A stretch of 64,000 nt of DNA, taken from Mizuhopecten yessoensis. Its lineage: Eukaryota. The position numbers were made by a program, and so were the translations under genes. The notes beneath the pieces were generated by a model. It made no database searches, had not been told where the DNA came from, and worked only from the letters and a program-made list of their open reading frames with translations. Shown piece after piece: positions 49,905-63,485 of the stretch (position 1 is the stretch's first letter; the number at the start of each line of letters is the position of its first letter). The DNA lies in contig NW_018407599.1 in assembly GCF_002113885.1 (NCBI RefSeq), positions 4,157-68,156 on the forward strand. Reading direction: 5' to 3'.

Positions 49905-50312
49905 CAGTTCACACAGGTATTGGTTGTTAGATGTGTTCACACAGGTAATGGTTGTTAGATGTGCTCACACAGGTATTGGTTGTTAGATATGTTCACACAG
50001 GTATTGGTTGTTAGATGTGTTCACACAGGTATTGGCTGTTACATGTGTTCACACAGGTTTTGGTTGTTAGATGTGTTCACACAGGTATTGGTTGTTAGAT
50101 GTGTTCACACAGGTATTGGTTGTTAGATATGTTCACACAGGTATTGATTGTTCGATGTGTGCACACAGGTATTGGTTGTTAGATGTGTTCACACAGGCAT
50201 TGGTTGTTAGATGTGTGCACACAGGTATTGGTTGTTAGATGTGTTCACACAGGTATTGGTTGTTAGATGTGTTCACACATGTATTGGTTGTTAGATGGGA
50301 TCATGTTCACAC
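49905..50312. repeat. Tandem repeat, 28-bp monomer (CACACAGGTATTGGTTGTTAGATGTGTT)
   Basis: Direct periodicity. Confidence 0.95.
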
Positions 50313-50529
50313 AACACGTTGGTCTTCTAATGGTATTATAATAAACACATACTAACACGATTCAACCTTTACTCTCCACATTTAAACTCTACACGTTAAA
50401 TTTGTTTTTACTAATGTCACTTTTCAAAAGAAGTATTGTTTAAAGAGCACATGCTGCGATGCATTTAAAAGAATGATTCAGTAGTTCCTTCAATAAGATT
50501 CAATAGTTTGGAAATATGTGATATCCAAG

Positions 50530-51603
50530 TTTTACTTTCCGCACAAATAATGTGCGTGTTAAACGTGTCGCATCGTATCTATGACTGACTGGTCCCTTTG
50601 TCAAGCTATAACTGACTGGTCCCTTTGTCAAGCTACATGTATGACCGACTGGTCCCTTTGTCAAGCTATGACCGACTGGTCCCTTTGTCAAGCTATGACT
50701 GTCTGGTTCCTTTGTCAAGCTATGACTGAGTGAGACTGACTGGTCCCTTTGTCAAGCTATGACCGACTGTCTCTTTGTCAAGCTATGACCGACTGGTCCC
50801 TTTGTCAAGCTATGACCGACTGGTTCCTTTGTCAAGCTATGACTGACTGGTTCCTTTGTCAAGCTATTACTGACTGGTTCCTTTGTCAAGCTATGACTGA
50901 CTGGTCCCTTTGTCAAGCTATTACTGACTGGTTCCTTTGTCAAGCTATTACTGACTGGTCCCTTTGTCAAGCTATGACTGACTGGTCCCTTTGTCAAGCT
51001 ATTACTGACTGGTTCCTTTGTCAAGCTATTACTGACTGGTCCCTTTGTCAAGCTATGACCGACTGGTCCCTTTGTCAAGATATGACTGATTGGTCCCTTT
51101 GTCAAGCTATGACTGACTGGTTCCTTTGTCAAGCTGTGACTGACTGGTCCCTTTGTCAAGCTATGACTGAATGGTTCCTTTGTCAAGCTATGACTGACTG
51201 GTTCCTTTGTCAAGCTGTGACTGACTGGTCCCTTTGTCAAGCTATGACTGACTGGTCCCGTTGTCAAGCTATGACCGACTGGTCCCTTTGTCAAGATATG
51301 ACTGACTGGTCCCTTTGTCAAGCTATGCCTGACTGGTCCCTTTGTCAAGCTATGACTGAATGGTTCCTTTGTCAAGCTATGACTGACTGGTTCCTTTGTC
51401 AAGCTATGACTGACTGGTCCCTTTGTCAAGTTATGACTGACTGGTCCCTTTGTCAAGCTATGACTGACTGGTCCCGTTGTCAAGCTATGCCTGACTAGTT
51501 CCTTTGTCAAGCTAACAAAGCTTGATAGCTTGACAAAGGAACCAGTCGGTCTTGAAACGTTGCGACACGTTTAACATGTACATTTCTTGTGTAGAAAGTA
51601 AAA
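50530..51603. mobile_element. Inverted-repeat element (arms about 78 bp: 50530-50608 and 51526-51603) enclosing a 27-bp satellite (TGTCAAGCTATGACTGACTGGTCCCTT); possibly Penelope-derived
   Basis: TTTTACTTTCCGCACAA...GTTAAACGTGTCGCA is inverted to TGCGACACGTTTAAC...TTGTGTAGAAAGTAAAA. The right arm contains one inverted monomer. Confidence 0.7.
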
Positions 51604-52361
51604 TTGTTTTACGATACAGTAGTTGTTCGATATATGAATGTTTTTATATGACAATAGAACAATAGCTCGTATCAAACCGAGAACTTTCACAGTGCAAAGT
51701 CTACACTTTATAATTTTGCAATACCTGACTTATAAATGCACCATACAACAAGCTTCTAATTTATGGGACGCATACCTATATAGTCACGATCAAGAAGCCA
51801 GAGAAGCCTAAAGTTTGACTCCTTATGTTTTATAAAGAAGGATGAATACATCAAGTAAAATAAAAACTCCGAGCGGACTCTTATTTGTGATGATAACTGA
51901 TGCGGTGGTACATTTACCTTAATTATGGTAATCTAACCACCGCTAACGTCCGGCTTTAACCAAAACTGATAACTATGATGGCTGATTTCTGCCATCTCCT
52001 AATTTCGGTGAAAGCAATTATTAGCTGCTTTAAAAAGTTTTTTTTATCGTTTTATCGATGCTAAAATACAAAAACACGATATAACCGCGCAAAAATAAGA
52101 ACAGATTATGTGTAAATTATCGAACTACAAATCAATTTGTTTTTGTGCTTGATATTAAATGTGTATAAACTGGCGTCACAGCGAACATTCCGATGCTGTA
52201 ACCTAAACAGCGTCAGGATTGTTTCTGATGTGGGCACGTAAGATCCTTCATGGAATCCTTGATTGACTGCTCAAAGTAATTTCCTGTCAACTTCTGCCTC
52301 CACCCTCTCAGTTCCCTCCCATCTTACCTCTCACCACCTCTTCTCCATACATCTTCTGTTA

Positions 52362-52670
52362 CCCATTGTAAGTATCGTAAGAGGCGACTAATTGGGACAC
52401 CCCTGCTCAATTGGGGATTTCCGTTTGTGCCCTCAAAATAGATTTGCACCCATCGCACTGTTTGGGATCTGAATATTTCTCTCTAGTTCTAACTACCTTT
52501 CATTTCCTAGTGCCTTTTATGACAACACCTCACTTTCTGCCTTAATGTTGAACGTTCGCCCTGATGATGAAGGCAATTGGTTCTGTACCCAGGACGGGAC
52601 ATAGCAAAGTCCTTAAAAATAGTAGTTGTAGCATATATTCCCTGCTTAACGTTCATCATTTAGGGAAAAT
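52362..52670 (+). mobile_element. Degenerate SINE-type interspersed repeat of a kind typical of bivalves
   Basis: CGTAAGAGGCGACTAA motif, a tRNA-like segment (GTTCGCCC...GGTTCTGTACCC), and AAAGTCCTTAAAAATAGTAGTTG...CCTGCTTAACGTTCATCAT resembling the mollusc SINE central (Meta/MESC-like) domain. Recognised from memory, not aligned. Confidence 0.55.
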
Positions 52671-52779
52671 GACAACACACGGAAATTTCCACACGAATAT
52701 TTCTGCTATTGAATGAATCTAGTATTACAATGTAAGTCTAGTGTACACTACGGGTTTATTTTACTTTATTACTTATAAT

Positions 52780-54210
52780 CTCCCCACCCCCTTCTGTATA
52801 CATCCCCCTCCCCCGTCTTACATATATCTCTCCCCACCCCCTTCTGTATACATCCCCCCTCCCCNNNNNNNNNNNNNNNNNNNNNNNNNNNNNNNNNNNN
52901 NNNNNNNNNNNNNNNNNNNNNNNNNNNNNNNNNNNNNNNNNNNNNNNNNNNNNNNNNNNNNNNNNNNNNNNNNNNNNNNNNNNNNNNNNNNNNNNNNNNN
53001 NNNNNNNNNNNNNNNNNNNNNNNNNNNNNNNNNNNNNNNNNNNNNNNNNNNNNNNNNNNNNNNNNNNNNNNNNNNNNNNNNNNNNNNNNNNNNNNNNNNN
53101 NNNNNNNNNNNNNNNNNNNNNNNNNNNNNNNNNNNNNNNNNNNNNNNNNNNNNNNNNNNNNNNNNNNNNNNNNNNNNNNNNNNNNNNNNNNNNNNNNNNN
53201 NNNNNNNNNNNNNNNNNNNNNNNNNNNNNNNNNNNNNNNNNNNNNNNNNNNNNNNNNNNNNNNNNNNNNNNNNNNNNNNNNNNNNNNNNNNNNNNNNNNN
53301 NNNNNNNNNNNNNNNNNNNNNNNNNNNNNNNNNNNNNNNNNNNNNNNNNNNNNNNNNNNNNNNNNNNNNNNNNNNNNNNNNNCCCCGTCTTACATATACC
53401 TCTCCCCACCCCTTCTCTATACATCCACACAGTCCCCCCATCTTACATATATCTCTCTCCACTCCTTCTGTATACATCCCCCCGTCTTACATATACCTCT
53501 CCCCACCCCTTCTCTATACATCCACACANNNNNNNNNNNNNNNNNNNNNNNNNNNNNNNNNNNNNNNNNNNNNNNNNNNNNNNNNNNNNNNNNNNNNNNN
53601 NNNNNNNNNNNNNNNNNNNNNNNNNNNNNNNNNNNNNNNNNNNNNNNNNNNNNNNNNNNNNNNNNNNNNNNNNNNNNNNNNNNNNNNNNNNNNNNNNNNN
53701 NNNNNNNNNNNNNNNNNNNNNNNNNNNNNNNNNNNNNNNNNNNNNNNNNNNNNNNNNNNNNNNNNNNNNNNNNNNNNNNNNNNNNNNNNNNNNNNNNNNN
53801 NNNNNNNNNNNNNNNNNNNNNNNNNNNNNNNNNNNNNNNNNNNNNNNNNNNNNNNNNNNNNNNNNNNNNNNNNNNNNNNNNNNNNNNNNNNNNNNNNNNN
53901 NNNNNNNNNNNNNNNNNNNNNNNNNNNNNNNNNNNNNNNNNNNNNNNNNNNNNNNNNNNNNNNNNNNNNNNNNNNNNNNNNNNNNNNNNNNNNNNNNNNN
54001 NNNNNNNNNNNNNNNNNNNNNNNNNNNNNNNNNNNNNNNNNNNNNNNNNNNNNNNNNNNNNNNNNNNNNNNNNNNNNNNNNNNNNNNNNNNNNNNNNNNN
54101 NNNNNNNNNNNNNNNNNNNNNNNNNNNNNNNNNNNNNNNNNNNNNNNNNNNNNNNNNNNNNNCCCCCCCCCCCCCCCCCCGTCTTACATATACCTCTCCC
54201 CACCTCTTCG
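52780..54210. repeat. C-rich ~50-bp tandem repeat (CCCCGTCTTACATATACCTCTCCCCACCCCTTCTGTATACAT) broken by two N gaps
   Basis: The same unit lies on all gap flanks; gaps at about 52865-53382 and 53529-54161. Confidence 0.85.
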
Positions 54211-54568
54211 CCATACACCTACCTAATGTTCTTCCATGTTGTTTAGAAATTAAAGTTATACATAATAATGACTTGTCCTCTTCTGCTGTTTGTGGTTTTG
54301 TATTACTGTGTCTGTCTGCAATACATTTGATCATTTGAACAAGCGTACATTTCCGTGTATGGATTGGATATTTAGCATAGGATAGGAACCATCGTGATAG
54401 CTGATGCAAAGCCCGGCTTCCTAATTAGAACCACCGCCAGCTGTTGTAAGTAATCTATAAATATGTGCGCCAAATAAAGACTGAATACAATCAATCCAGT
54501 CATTATTAATGTATTGTTGTCTTATTAATGGCGTGATTAAACCGCCAGCCTGTCTTAATTTCTGAAGT

Positions 54569-54721
54569 CGGTGTTCCGATCGATGCCTCCACGGAAATGA
54601 GGGATACGTAGAGATATATATGGCGACTGACGAAGGAATCCTCGCCACATTTACTGCCGAAACAGTGGTGCACCACGTCGCCCTCTCAAGTCCTTTTGTA
54701 ATTGCTCGGGTGAACTCTGAG
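54569..54721 (+). CDS. Candidate coding exon (…LHGNEGYVEIYMATDEGILATFTAETVVHHVALSSPFVIARVNSE)
   Basis: GC-richer open frame ending at GAG|GTAATT. The acceptor is weak and no domain is recognised. Confidence 0.25.
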
Positions 54722-55469
54722 GTAATTAATGTTTAAATAATATTCCATCGCACACACAATATAGACACACAAAATATTCTCTCATTTGTACAGGATTTTA
54801 AAACGCTATTATAAACGTTTCATGAAAAAAAAACATTTTACATATATATTGACTTCTCATAATCAGTTTCTCTCTTGCCTTGTAAATAATACTATGTCAG
54901 AGTGATTGTAACATTAATATGATATCGTATAGGTTATGAATGCCATGGACCGATTGTTGACGTCATCATTATTATGACGTGATAGTTGTTACGTTTGATA
55001 CCACTGACCCTCCCTGGGCGATGGCTGTTCTATTCATTGAACAAGCATACACGATGCATACACTATTTAAACTGAATACTGAATTATATCAAATGTAATT
55101 GAATTTTCTATGAGATGAACAGATTCCAAAAATGGTAAATATAAATATTGAACTGCTTTAAGTTCAATGCTTAAGAATAGTATATTATGTTTGCACGAAT
55201 AGTATAATGATTGTATAGTATATAATACTTAGTGCTGGATCAGACGCCAGTGAGATCCATACAAATGAATGCATCCAGCTATCAAAGGAGTGCCTTATAA
55301 TGTGCCTTGTGGTCTTGAATCGCTTCAACAAATACTCATGTGTTTTACCACTAGTGAGAACATTTAGGGATCCATGTCCCCCTGGCAAAACACTAAAGAG
55401 TTCCTCTGTAGTGTATAAACACCCACCTCACCCAGACTTCCTTTAGAACTGTAGGAGGACTGCATACTG

Positions 55470-55535
55470 ATCAGGTAGCCAAGTTGATTAGGGCGACCGT
55501 ATATTGTAGTCGGAGGGCCGGAGTTCGAGTCTGTC
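55470..55535 (+). other. tRNA-like (SINE head or tRNA pseudogene) fragment
   Basis: A-box-like TAGCCAAGTTGATTAG and B-box-like GAGTTCGAGTC at tRNA spacing; no intact cloverleaf. Confidence 0.4.
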
Positions 55536-55562
55536 CCGTTGGGGGTTTGCTTTCAAAACACG

Positions 55563-55563
55563 G

Positions 55564-55604
<41 letters not shown>
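55563..55604. repeat. (GTT)n microsatellite
   Basis: About 14 units. Confidence 0.97.
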
Positions 55605-55606
<2 letters not shown>

Positions 55607-57149
55607 CTCCAATGTTAATGCTCAAAGGTTTAGCTTGGTATGACATTCATTTAAAAAATGATCTGTTACAGTTTTTGTAATGCCTTATTAACTGGTTGGT
55701 ATATCTACTACCAAAACTATTTTGTCTTGATTTTCACAATTTTATCTTTCTATTTGTGCTAAACTCCCTGATAGAAAACATATCATTGGTCAATTTAAAC
55801 TGTTTAAAAGAACGTATTTTATCGGAAAATATTAACTTCGGTATTCTACTAAAATAAATCAGTAATGAAATAATGAGTTGACCTGACGGAAATCATATTT
55901 GTTGATGTTTAACATCATTAAATGTAGCAGTTTAACGAAATTAAATTTAACTGTTTGAATTAGATTAATGAGCCCCTTACAAACTTCAGGTAACCGATCA
56001 TTGCTTGTCTCTATTCCAAGGTCCGGGGATTTCATTGATTTAAAATATCTATAGCTGTGATCGGTAACAAATGTAGGTCAGCCGTCAACAATTAGGTAGA
56101 GATCACCTGATTGGTTAACAGGGGTGACGAAGTATCCACTTTCGTACTAAATAATAAGACATGAACCGTTCGACTAAGTCATTTAGACATAAACTGTAAA
56201 AGTAGGATTGTGTACAAGGAGCTGTTCAGACCGTGTACAACAAAACCATATCAGAGAACTTCCATATTCTGTACACCAATGTGTCCTATCAGTTTAAAAC
56301 CCCGTACAATGAGACGCTGATACTATAACTTGGTACGTTCCAACCAACAGAAAGAGTCTAATTAAGAGTTAAGCAATAAATTGAAAATGTATTCCCAAAC
56401 AATAGGACCAACACGCAATGTGTGCATACAGGCATTTGTAGGTTTGAAGGTGACCTCGGAGAGTTAGCTTGCTAGTCCGTCGTAAATTCTAGAGTAAAGT
56501 CAGACAGAGGAAAACGTACTGAAATAAAAGAGTTTGTGCTTGGTATTTTTCTTGCCACCCCTCCGCCGTTTCCTGTTTGAGTTGTGTTTTAGTGTCTCGT
56601 TGTTGATAGATATCAGCTCCAGACAGCGCGAGAGTACTATTTACAAACCAGCTGTACGCTTCTGCTGCCCATTGCAACATATTTATATCCACTTGGTTAA
56701 TATTGCCAGCTACCGAAAGTCTAGACCGCAACAGGAGCTGCTTCGGGACCCGCTCAACGCTGCACATAGATGGCAACGTCAGGTTACAATATATGGCCCT
56801 GTCGGGTTTTATACATTGTAGGTATCATTTGCCAAAACGTTAAGAAGATTCGGAACGGGCATGTACGCGTGTATTTGGAATATTTGCACATACTAACAGA
56901 TGAAAGTCGATATATTTACTATTCTTTTTTAGAAAACGCTCATACCGACGTCCATAAAACGATTGTGGTTCCATCGGGAAAAGATTCGATAACTCCGGAA
57001 GTACCACGTTTACAATAATACCGCGTACATTTCATTGCTAAACAACACTCGTCTCAAGTTTCGATAGAAAACTTGTCCTTACAATTGAATTGTGTTGGTG
57101 AGCCTGTAGGGTTTACATAAGTAGAAATCATCCGTACGGCTTCTACGTC

Positions 57150-57412
57150 ACACAGCAACGCATTGTTCGTGTTTTAGCCATTATTATTTACTTCACACAG
57201 CCACGCATTGTTCGTGTTTTAGCCATTACTATTTACTTCACATAGCCACGCATTGTTCGTGTTTTAGCCATTATTATTTTTTTCTTTACACAGCCACACA
57301 TTGTTCGTGTTTTAGCCATTATTATTTACTTCACATAGCCACGCATTGTTCGTGTTTTAGCCATTATTTTCTTCACACAGCCACGCATTGTTCGTGTTTA
57401 GCCATTATTATT
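57150..57412. repeat. Tandem repeat, ~45-bp monomer (CACAGCCACGCATTGTTCGTGTTTTAGCCATTATTATTTACTTCA)
   Basis: About 6 units. Confidence 0.92.
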
Positions 57413-57694
57413 GACGCAAATAGATATGACAACAAAGTCAAAGGTTACATTTCTAAAAAAAATCATCATAATTATTTAATACGGTGAGTTGTACGTGCAT
57501 GTTTAATGGACAAACGTGCACAACACTAACTGATGAGGTGTGTTACAATATAGACCCTGTATTACACCTTGCTCAAAATCCAATTTATATGTTGTGAATT
57601 ATCTATTTACGTACATAACTCAACCTTAGTTCCATCTCGAATACCGATTGCATCTAGTATCTAGTAATTGTAATATCAAAATCAATTCCAGGCA

Positions 57695-59195
57695 TCCATC
57701 AGTCCTAGCGCTGGACAAACTATATAACGTCAGTATCCCTCAGTCCTAGCGCTGGACAAACTATATAATGTCAGTATCCATCAGTCCTAGCGCTGGACAA
57801 CCTATATAACGTCAGTATCCCTCAGTCCTAGCACTGGACAACCTATATAATGTCAGTATCCCTCAGTCCTAGCGCTGGACAAACTATATAATGTCAGTAT
57901 CCCTCAGTCCTAGCACTGGACAAACTATATAATGTCAGTATCTCTCAGTCCTAGCGTTGGACAAACTATATAATGTCAGTTTTCCTCAGTCCTAGCGCTG
58001 GACAAACTATATAATGTCAGTATCCCTCAGTCCTAGCGCTGGACAAAGGATATAATGTCAGTATCCCTCAGTCCTAGCACTGGACAAACTATATAATGTC
58101 AGTATCCCTCAGTCCTAGTGTTGGACAAANNNNNNNNNNNNNNNNNNNNNNNNNNNNNNNNNNNNTATATAATGTCAGTATCCCTCAGTCCTAGCGCTGG
58201 ACAAACTATATAATGTCAGTATCCCTCAGTCCTTGCGTTGGACAAACTATATAATGTCATTTTTCCTCAGTCCTAGCGCTGGACAAACTATATAATGTCA
58301 GTATCACTCAGTCCTAGCGCTGGACAAACTATATGATGTCAGTATCCCTCAGTCCTAGCGCTTGACAAACTATATAATGTCAGTATCCCTCAGTCCTAGC
58401 GCTGGACAAACTATATAATGTCAGTATCCATCAGTCCTAGCGCTGGGCAAACTATATGATGTCAGTATCCCTCAGTCCTAGCGCTGGACAAACTATATAA
58501 CGTCAGTATCCCTCAGTCCTAGCGCTGGACAAAGTATATAATGTCAGTATCCCTCAGTCCTAGCACTGGACAAACTATATAATGTCAGTATCTCTCAGTC
58601 CTAGCGCTGGACAAAGTATATAATGTCAGTATCCCTCAGTCCTAGCGTTGGACAAACTATATAATGTCAGTTTTCCTCAGTCCTAGCGCTGGACAAACTA
58701 TATAATATCAGTATCCCTCAGTCCTAGCGCTGGACAAACTATATAATGTCAGAATCCCTCAGTCCTAGCGCTGGACAATCTATATAATGTCAGTATCCCT
58801 CAGTCTTAGCGTTGGACAAAATATATAATGTCAGTATCCCTCAGTCTTAGCGCTGGACAAACTATATAATGTCAGTATCACTCAGTCCTAGCGCTGGACA
58901 AACTATATTATGTCAGTATCCCTCAGTCCTAGCGTTGGACAAAACATATAATGTCAGTAACCCTCAGTCCTAGCGCTGGCCAAACTATATAATGTCAGTA
59001 TCCCTCCCTCAGTCCTAGCGCTGGACAAAGTATATAATGTCAGTATCCCTCAGTCCGAGCGCTGGACAAACTATATAATGTCAGAATCCCTCAGTCCTAG
59101 CGCTGGACAAAATATATAATGTCAGTATCCCTCAGTCCTAGCGCTGGACAAACTATATATTGTCAGTATCCCTCAGTCCTAGCGCTGGACAAAAT
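57695..59195. repeat. Tandem repeat, 41-bp monomer (CAGTCCTAGCGCTGGACAAACTATATAATGTCAGTATCCCT); old degenerate relatives at about 59925-60310
   Basis: Direct periodicity; small N gap at about 58130-58165. Confidence 0.95.
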
Positions 59196-60759
59196 GGATC
59201 ATGCTAGTATTCCTCTACCCTACAGTAGCATTGGACATTGCATATACACACTTTTTATTAACTTTTTGAACATTTTCAACGATGTATACTTTCATTTTAA
59301 CTGTTTCAGTTATTTTTATAGACCACTTGGTTCAAAGAAATTATAATTGATTTCAACTGATAACTAATGTCTACCTGAAACACGTCTCAGGGACAATATT
59401 TCGTTCTGGTCAAATCTGAACCATATTAATATTGTTCGATGTTTTTATTTCATTACCTTATAAATATTATCTTCCTGCTGACCTTAAGCTAGTGGTATAA
59501 ATACCTGCACATGTAACTTGAATAGGAATATCTATCATTGATGTATAAGCTTTAAGCTATCTGCCATGTTACAATGGTACAGATTTATGTAATATTTCAT
59601 AATTAATGACACTTGCTACACCCAGCAACGTGGACACCTATCATACGTAAGTATAAAATTGAAGTATGAATAGCTGGAAAATACATTCGGCCGAGTCAGG
59701 TCTCCGACTAGAAAGGTTTCACTCGGACTACCGGTGTACTGCTCTAGGAAATGTATATGTACCATCTGTATTACAATTTGTTTTATTGTAATTATCTGTG
59801 GAATTCCTGAATACAAAATAATCCATTTGAACAACAACAACAAGCATCTCTGTGTCATCATTCCGACTCCGAGAACCCAGACGATTATTACAAAAAAAAC
59901 AAAATCAAAACAATCGTCGTTATACTACCACTGGACATAACATATTATGTCAGTATCCCTCGGCCCTATCACTGGACATTGTATCTAGTCTCAGTGCTCC
60001 TCGGCCTTACCACTGGATATCATACATATAATATAGCTAGTTTCAGTAAGTACCCCACAGCCCTACCATTTGACAATATATCTAATATCAGTACTCCTGG
60101 GCTCTACTATTGGATACTCAGTACCCCCTCGGCCCCACCACTGGACATTGTACTTAATCTAAGTATACCTTGGCCCTACCGTTGGACATTGCATGTAGTT
60201 TTAGGAATCCCTCGTCCTTACCATTGAATACTGTTTCTAGTGTGTGTATTCGTCAGCCCTTCAACAGGACGTCATATTGGGTTTGATTATCTGCCCCTAC
60301 ACCTGACATTGTATCGAGCCTAAGATGATACTGGACTTAATGATTCACTGAGATGTCAGTTTTTGCCTTATGATGCAGGTCTAATCCATTCCCTGCATTG
60401 CACGTGCAGTTAACCCAATCCATCAGTTCAGGGTCGATGTCTATAGGGAGTAAAGCTTGGTGATTTCAATAGTAAGAGAATAATTCAACCCTGCTGAAAT
60501 ATGCATGACAACGAACAACACATTTCAGATAGAAAGACAATTTCGTGACTTTACAATATAAATTGAAATAGAATGTCTTTCCAAGCGCACATCCAATCAG
60601 CGTTTATACTCTACACGACAAAAATGGAAGGCTTTATCTTGTCTGTGGGATTTAAACAACACAAAGGGCAGTTATCTGTTAGCCGCCGTGCAATTGAACA
60701 TTTACTACAAAATCCTAATATCATTTGATAATTTATCTTATCCTCATTTTCATGCACGT

Positions 60760-63485
60760 GTATAGACACGAATAGACACGTGGACATATTGGACACGAAT
60801 AGACACGTGGCCATTTTGAACACGAATAGACACGTGGACATATTGGACATGGATAGAGACGTGGACATATTGGACAAGGATAGACATGTGGACATATTGG
60901 ACACAGATAGACAGGTGGACATATTGAGCACGTATAGACACGTGGACATATTGGACAGAGAGAGACACGTGGACATATTGGACATGGATAGACACGTTGA
61001 CATATTGGACATGGATAGACACGTGGACATATTGGACATGGATAGACACATGGACATATTGGACACGGATAGACGCGTGAACTTATTGGACACAGATAGA
61101 CATGTGGACATATTGGACACAGAGAGACACTAGGACATATTGGACATGGATAGACACGTGGACATATTGGACACGGATAGACACGTGGACATATTAGACA
61201 TGGATAGACCCATGGACATATTGGACACGGATAGACACGTGGACATATTGGCCACGGATAGACACGTGAACTTATTGGACACAGATAGACACGTGGACAT
61301 ATTGGACACAGAGAGACACTAGGACATATTGGACATGGATAGACACTAGGACATATTGGACACGGATAGACACGTGGACATATTGGACACGAATAGACAA
61401 TAGGACATATTGGACATGGATAAAGACGTGGACATATTGGACACGGATAGACACGTGGACATATTGGACACGAATAGACAATAGGACATATTGGACATGG
61501 ATAAAGACGTGGACATATTGGACACGGATAGACACGTGGACATATTGGACACGGAAAGACACTAGGACATATTGGACACGGATAGACACTAGGACATATT
61601 GGACACGGATAGACAAGTGGACATATTGGACACAGAGAGACACTAGGACATATTGGCCATGGATAGTTACGTGGACATATTGGACACGGATAGACACGTG
61701 GACATATTGGACACGGTAAACACGTGGACCTATTTGACACGGATAGACACGTGGACATATTGGACACAGAGAGACACTAGGACATATTGGACACGAATAG
61801 ACACGTGGACATATTGGACACGGATAGACACGTGGACATATTGGACACGGATAGTCATGTGGACATATTGTACACGGATAGTCACCTTGACATATTGGAC
61901 ACAGAGAGACACGTGGACATATTGGACACGGATAGACACGTGGACATATTGTACACGGATAGACACTAGGACATATTGGACATGGATAGGGACATATTGG
62001 ACACGAATAGACACGTGGACATATTGGACACGGATAGACCCTAGGACATATTGGACACGGATAGACAAGGGGACATATTGGACACAGAGAGACACTAGGA
62101 CATATTTGACATGGATAGACACATGGACATATTGGACACGGATAGACACGTGAACATATTGGCCATGGATAGACACGTGGACATATTGGACACGGCTAGA
62201 CACGTGAACATATTGGACATGGATAGACACGTGGACATATTTAACACGGATAGACACGTGGACATATTGGAAACAGATAGACACGTGGACCTATTGGACA
62301 CGGCTAGACACGTGGACATATTGGACACGGATAGACGCGTGGACATATTGGACACGGATAGACACTAGGACATATTGGACACGGATAGACAAGGGGACAT
62401 ATTGGACACAGAGAGACACTAGGACATATTGGACATGGATAGGGACATATTGGACACGAATAGACACGTGGACATATTGAACACGGATAGACACGTGGAC
62501 ATATTGGACATGGATAGACACGTGGACATATTGAACCCGGATAGACACGTGGACATATTGGACACAGATAGACACTAGGACATATTGGACACGGATAGTC
62601 ATGTGGACATATTGGACACGGATAGTCACCTTGACATATTGGACACAAAGAGACACGTGGACATATTGGACACGGATAGACCCTAGGACATATTGGACAC
62701 GGATAGACAAGGGGACATATTGGACACAGAGAGACACTAGGACATATTGGACATGGATAGACACGTGGACATATTGAACACGGATAGACACGTGGACATA
62801 TTGGACACAGATAGACACGTGGACAGATTGGACATGGATAACACGTGGACATATTAGACACGGATAGACACGTGGACATATTGGACACGAATAGACACTA
62901 GGACATATTGGACATGGATAGAGACGTGGACATATTGGACACAGAGAGACACTAGGACATAGTGGACACGAATAGACACGTGGACATATTGGACACGGAT
63001 AGACACCTGGACATATTGGACACGGATAGACACGTGGACATAATGGACACGGATAGACACGTGAACTTAATGGACACGGATAGACACGTCGACATATTGG
63101 ACACGGATAGACACATGGACTTATTGGACACGGATAGACACGTGGACATATTGGACACGGATAGTCATGTGGACATATTGTACACGGATAGTCACCTTAA
63201 CATATTGGACACGGATAGACACGTGGACATAATGGACACGGATAGACACGTGGACTTAATGGACACGGATAGACACGTGAACTTAATGGACACGGATAGA
63301 CACGTGGACATATTGGACACGGATAGACACATGGACTTATTGGACACGGATAGACACGTGGACATAATGGACACGGATAGACATGTGGACATAATGGACA
63401 CGGATAGTCCACTGGACATATTGGACACATAGAGACATATGGACTTATTGGACACGGATAGACACCTGGACATATTGGACACATA
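60760..63485. repeat. Tandem repeat, 27-bp monomer (GGACACGGATAGACACGTGGACATATT)
   Basis: Direct periodicity; 9-aa periodic ORFs (DTDRHVDIL / CPICPRVYP). Confidence 0.97.

Noticed and set aside
52741-54409. ORFs of 219-501 aa
   Set aside because: They are read through N gaps.
56489-57018. Overlapping 82-95 aa ORFs in GC-richer unique DNA
   Set aside because: No motif, and the strand and frame are ambiguous.
60611-63484. CPICP / DTDRHVDIL repeat ORFs resembling zinc-finger or metallothionein proteins
   Set aside because: Translations of a 27-bp satellite, open in several frames on both strands.
1-63485. CRISPR-like arrays
   Set aside because: All arrays are head-to-tail without unique spacers, there are no cas genes, and the context is eukaryotic.
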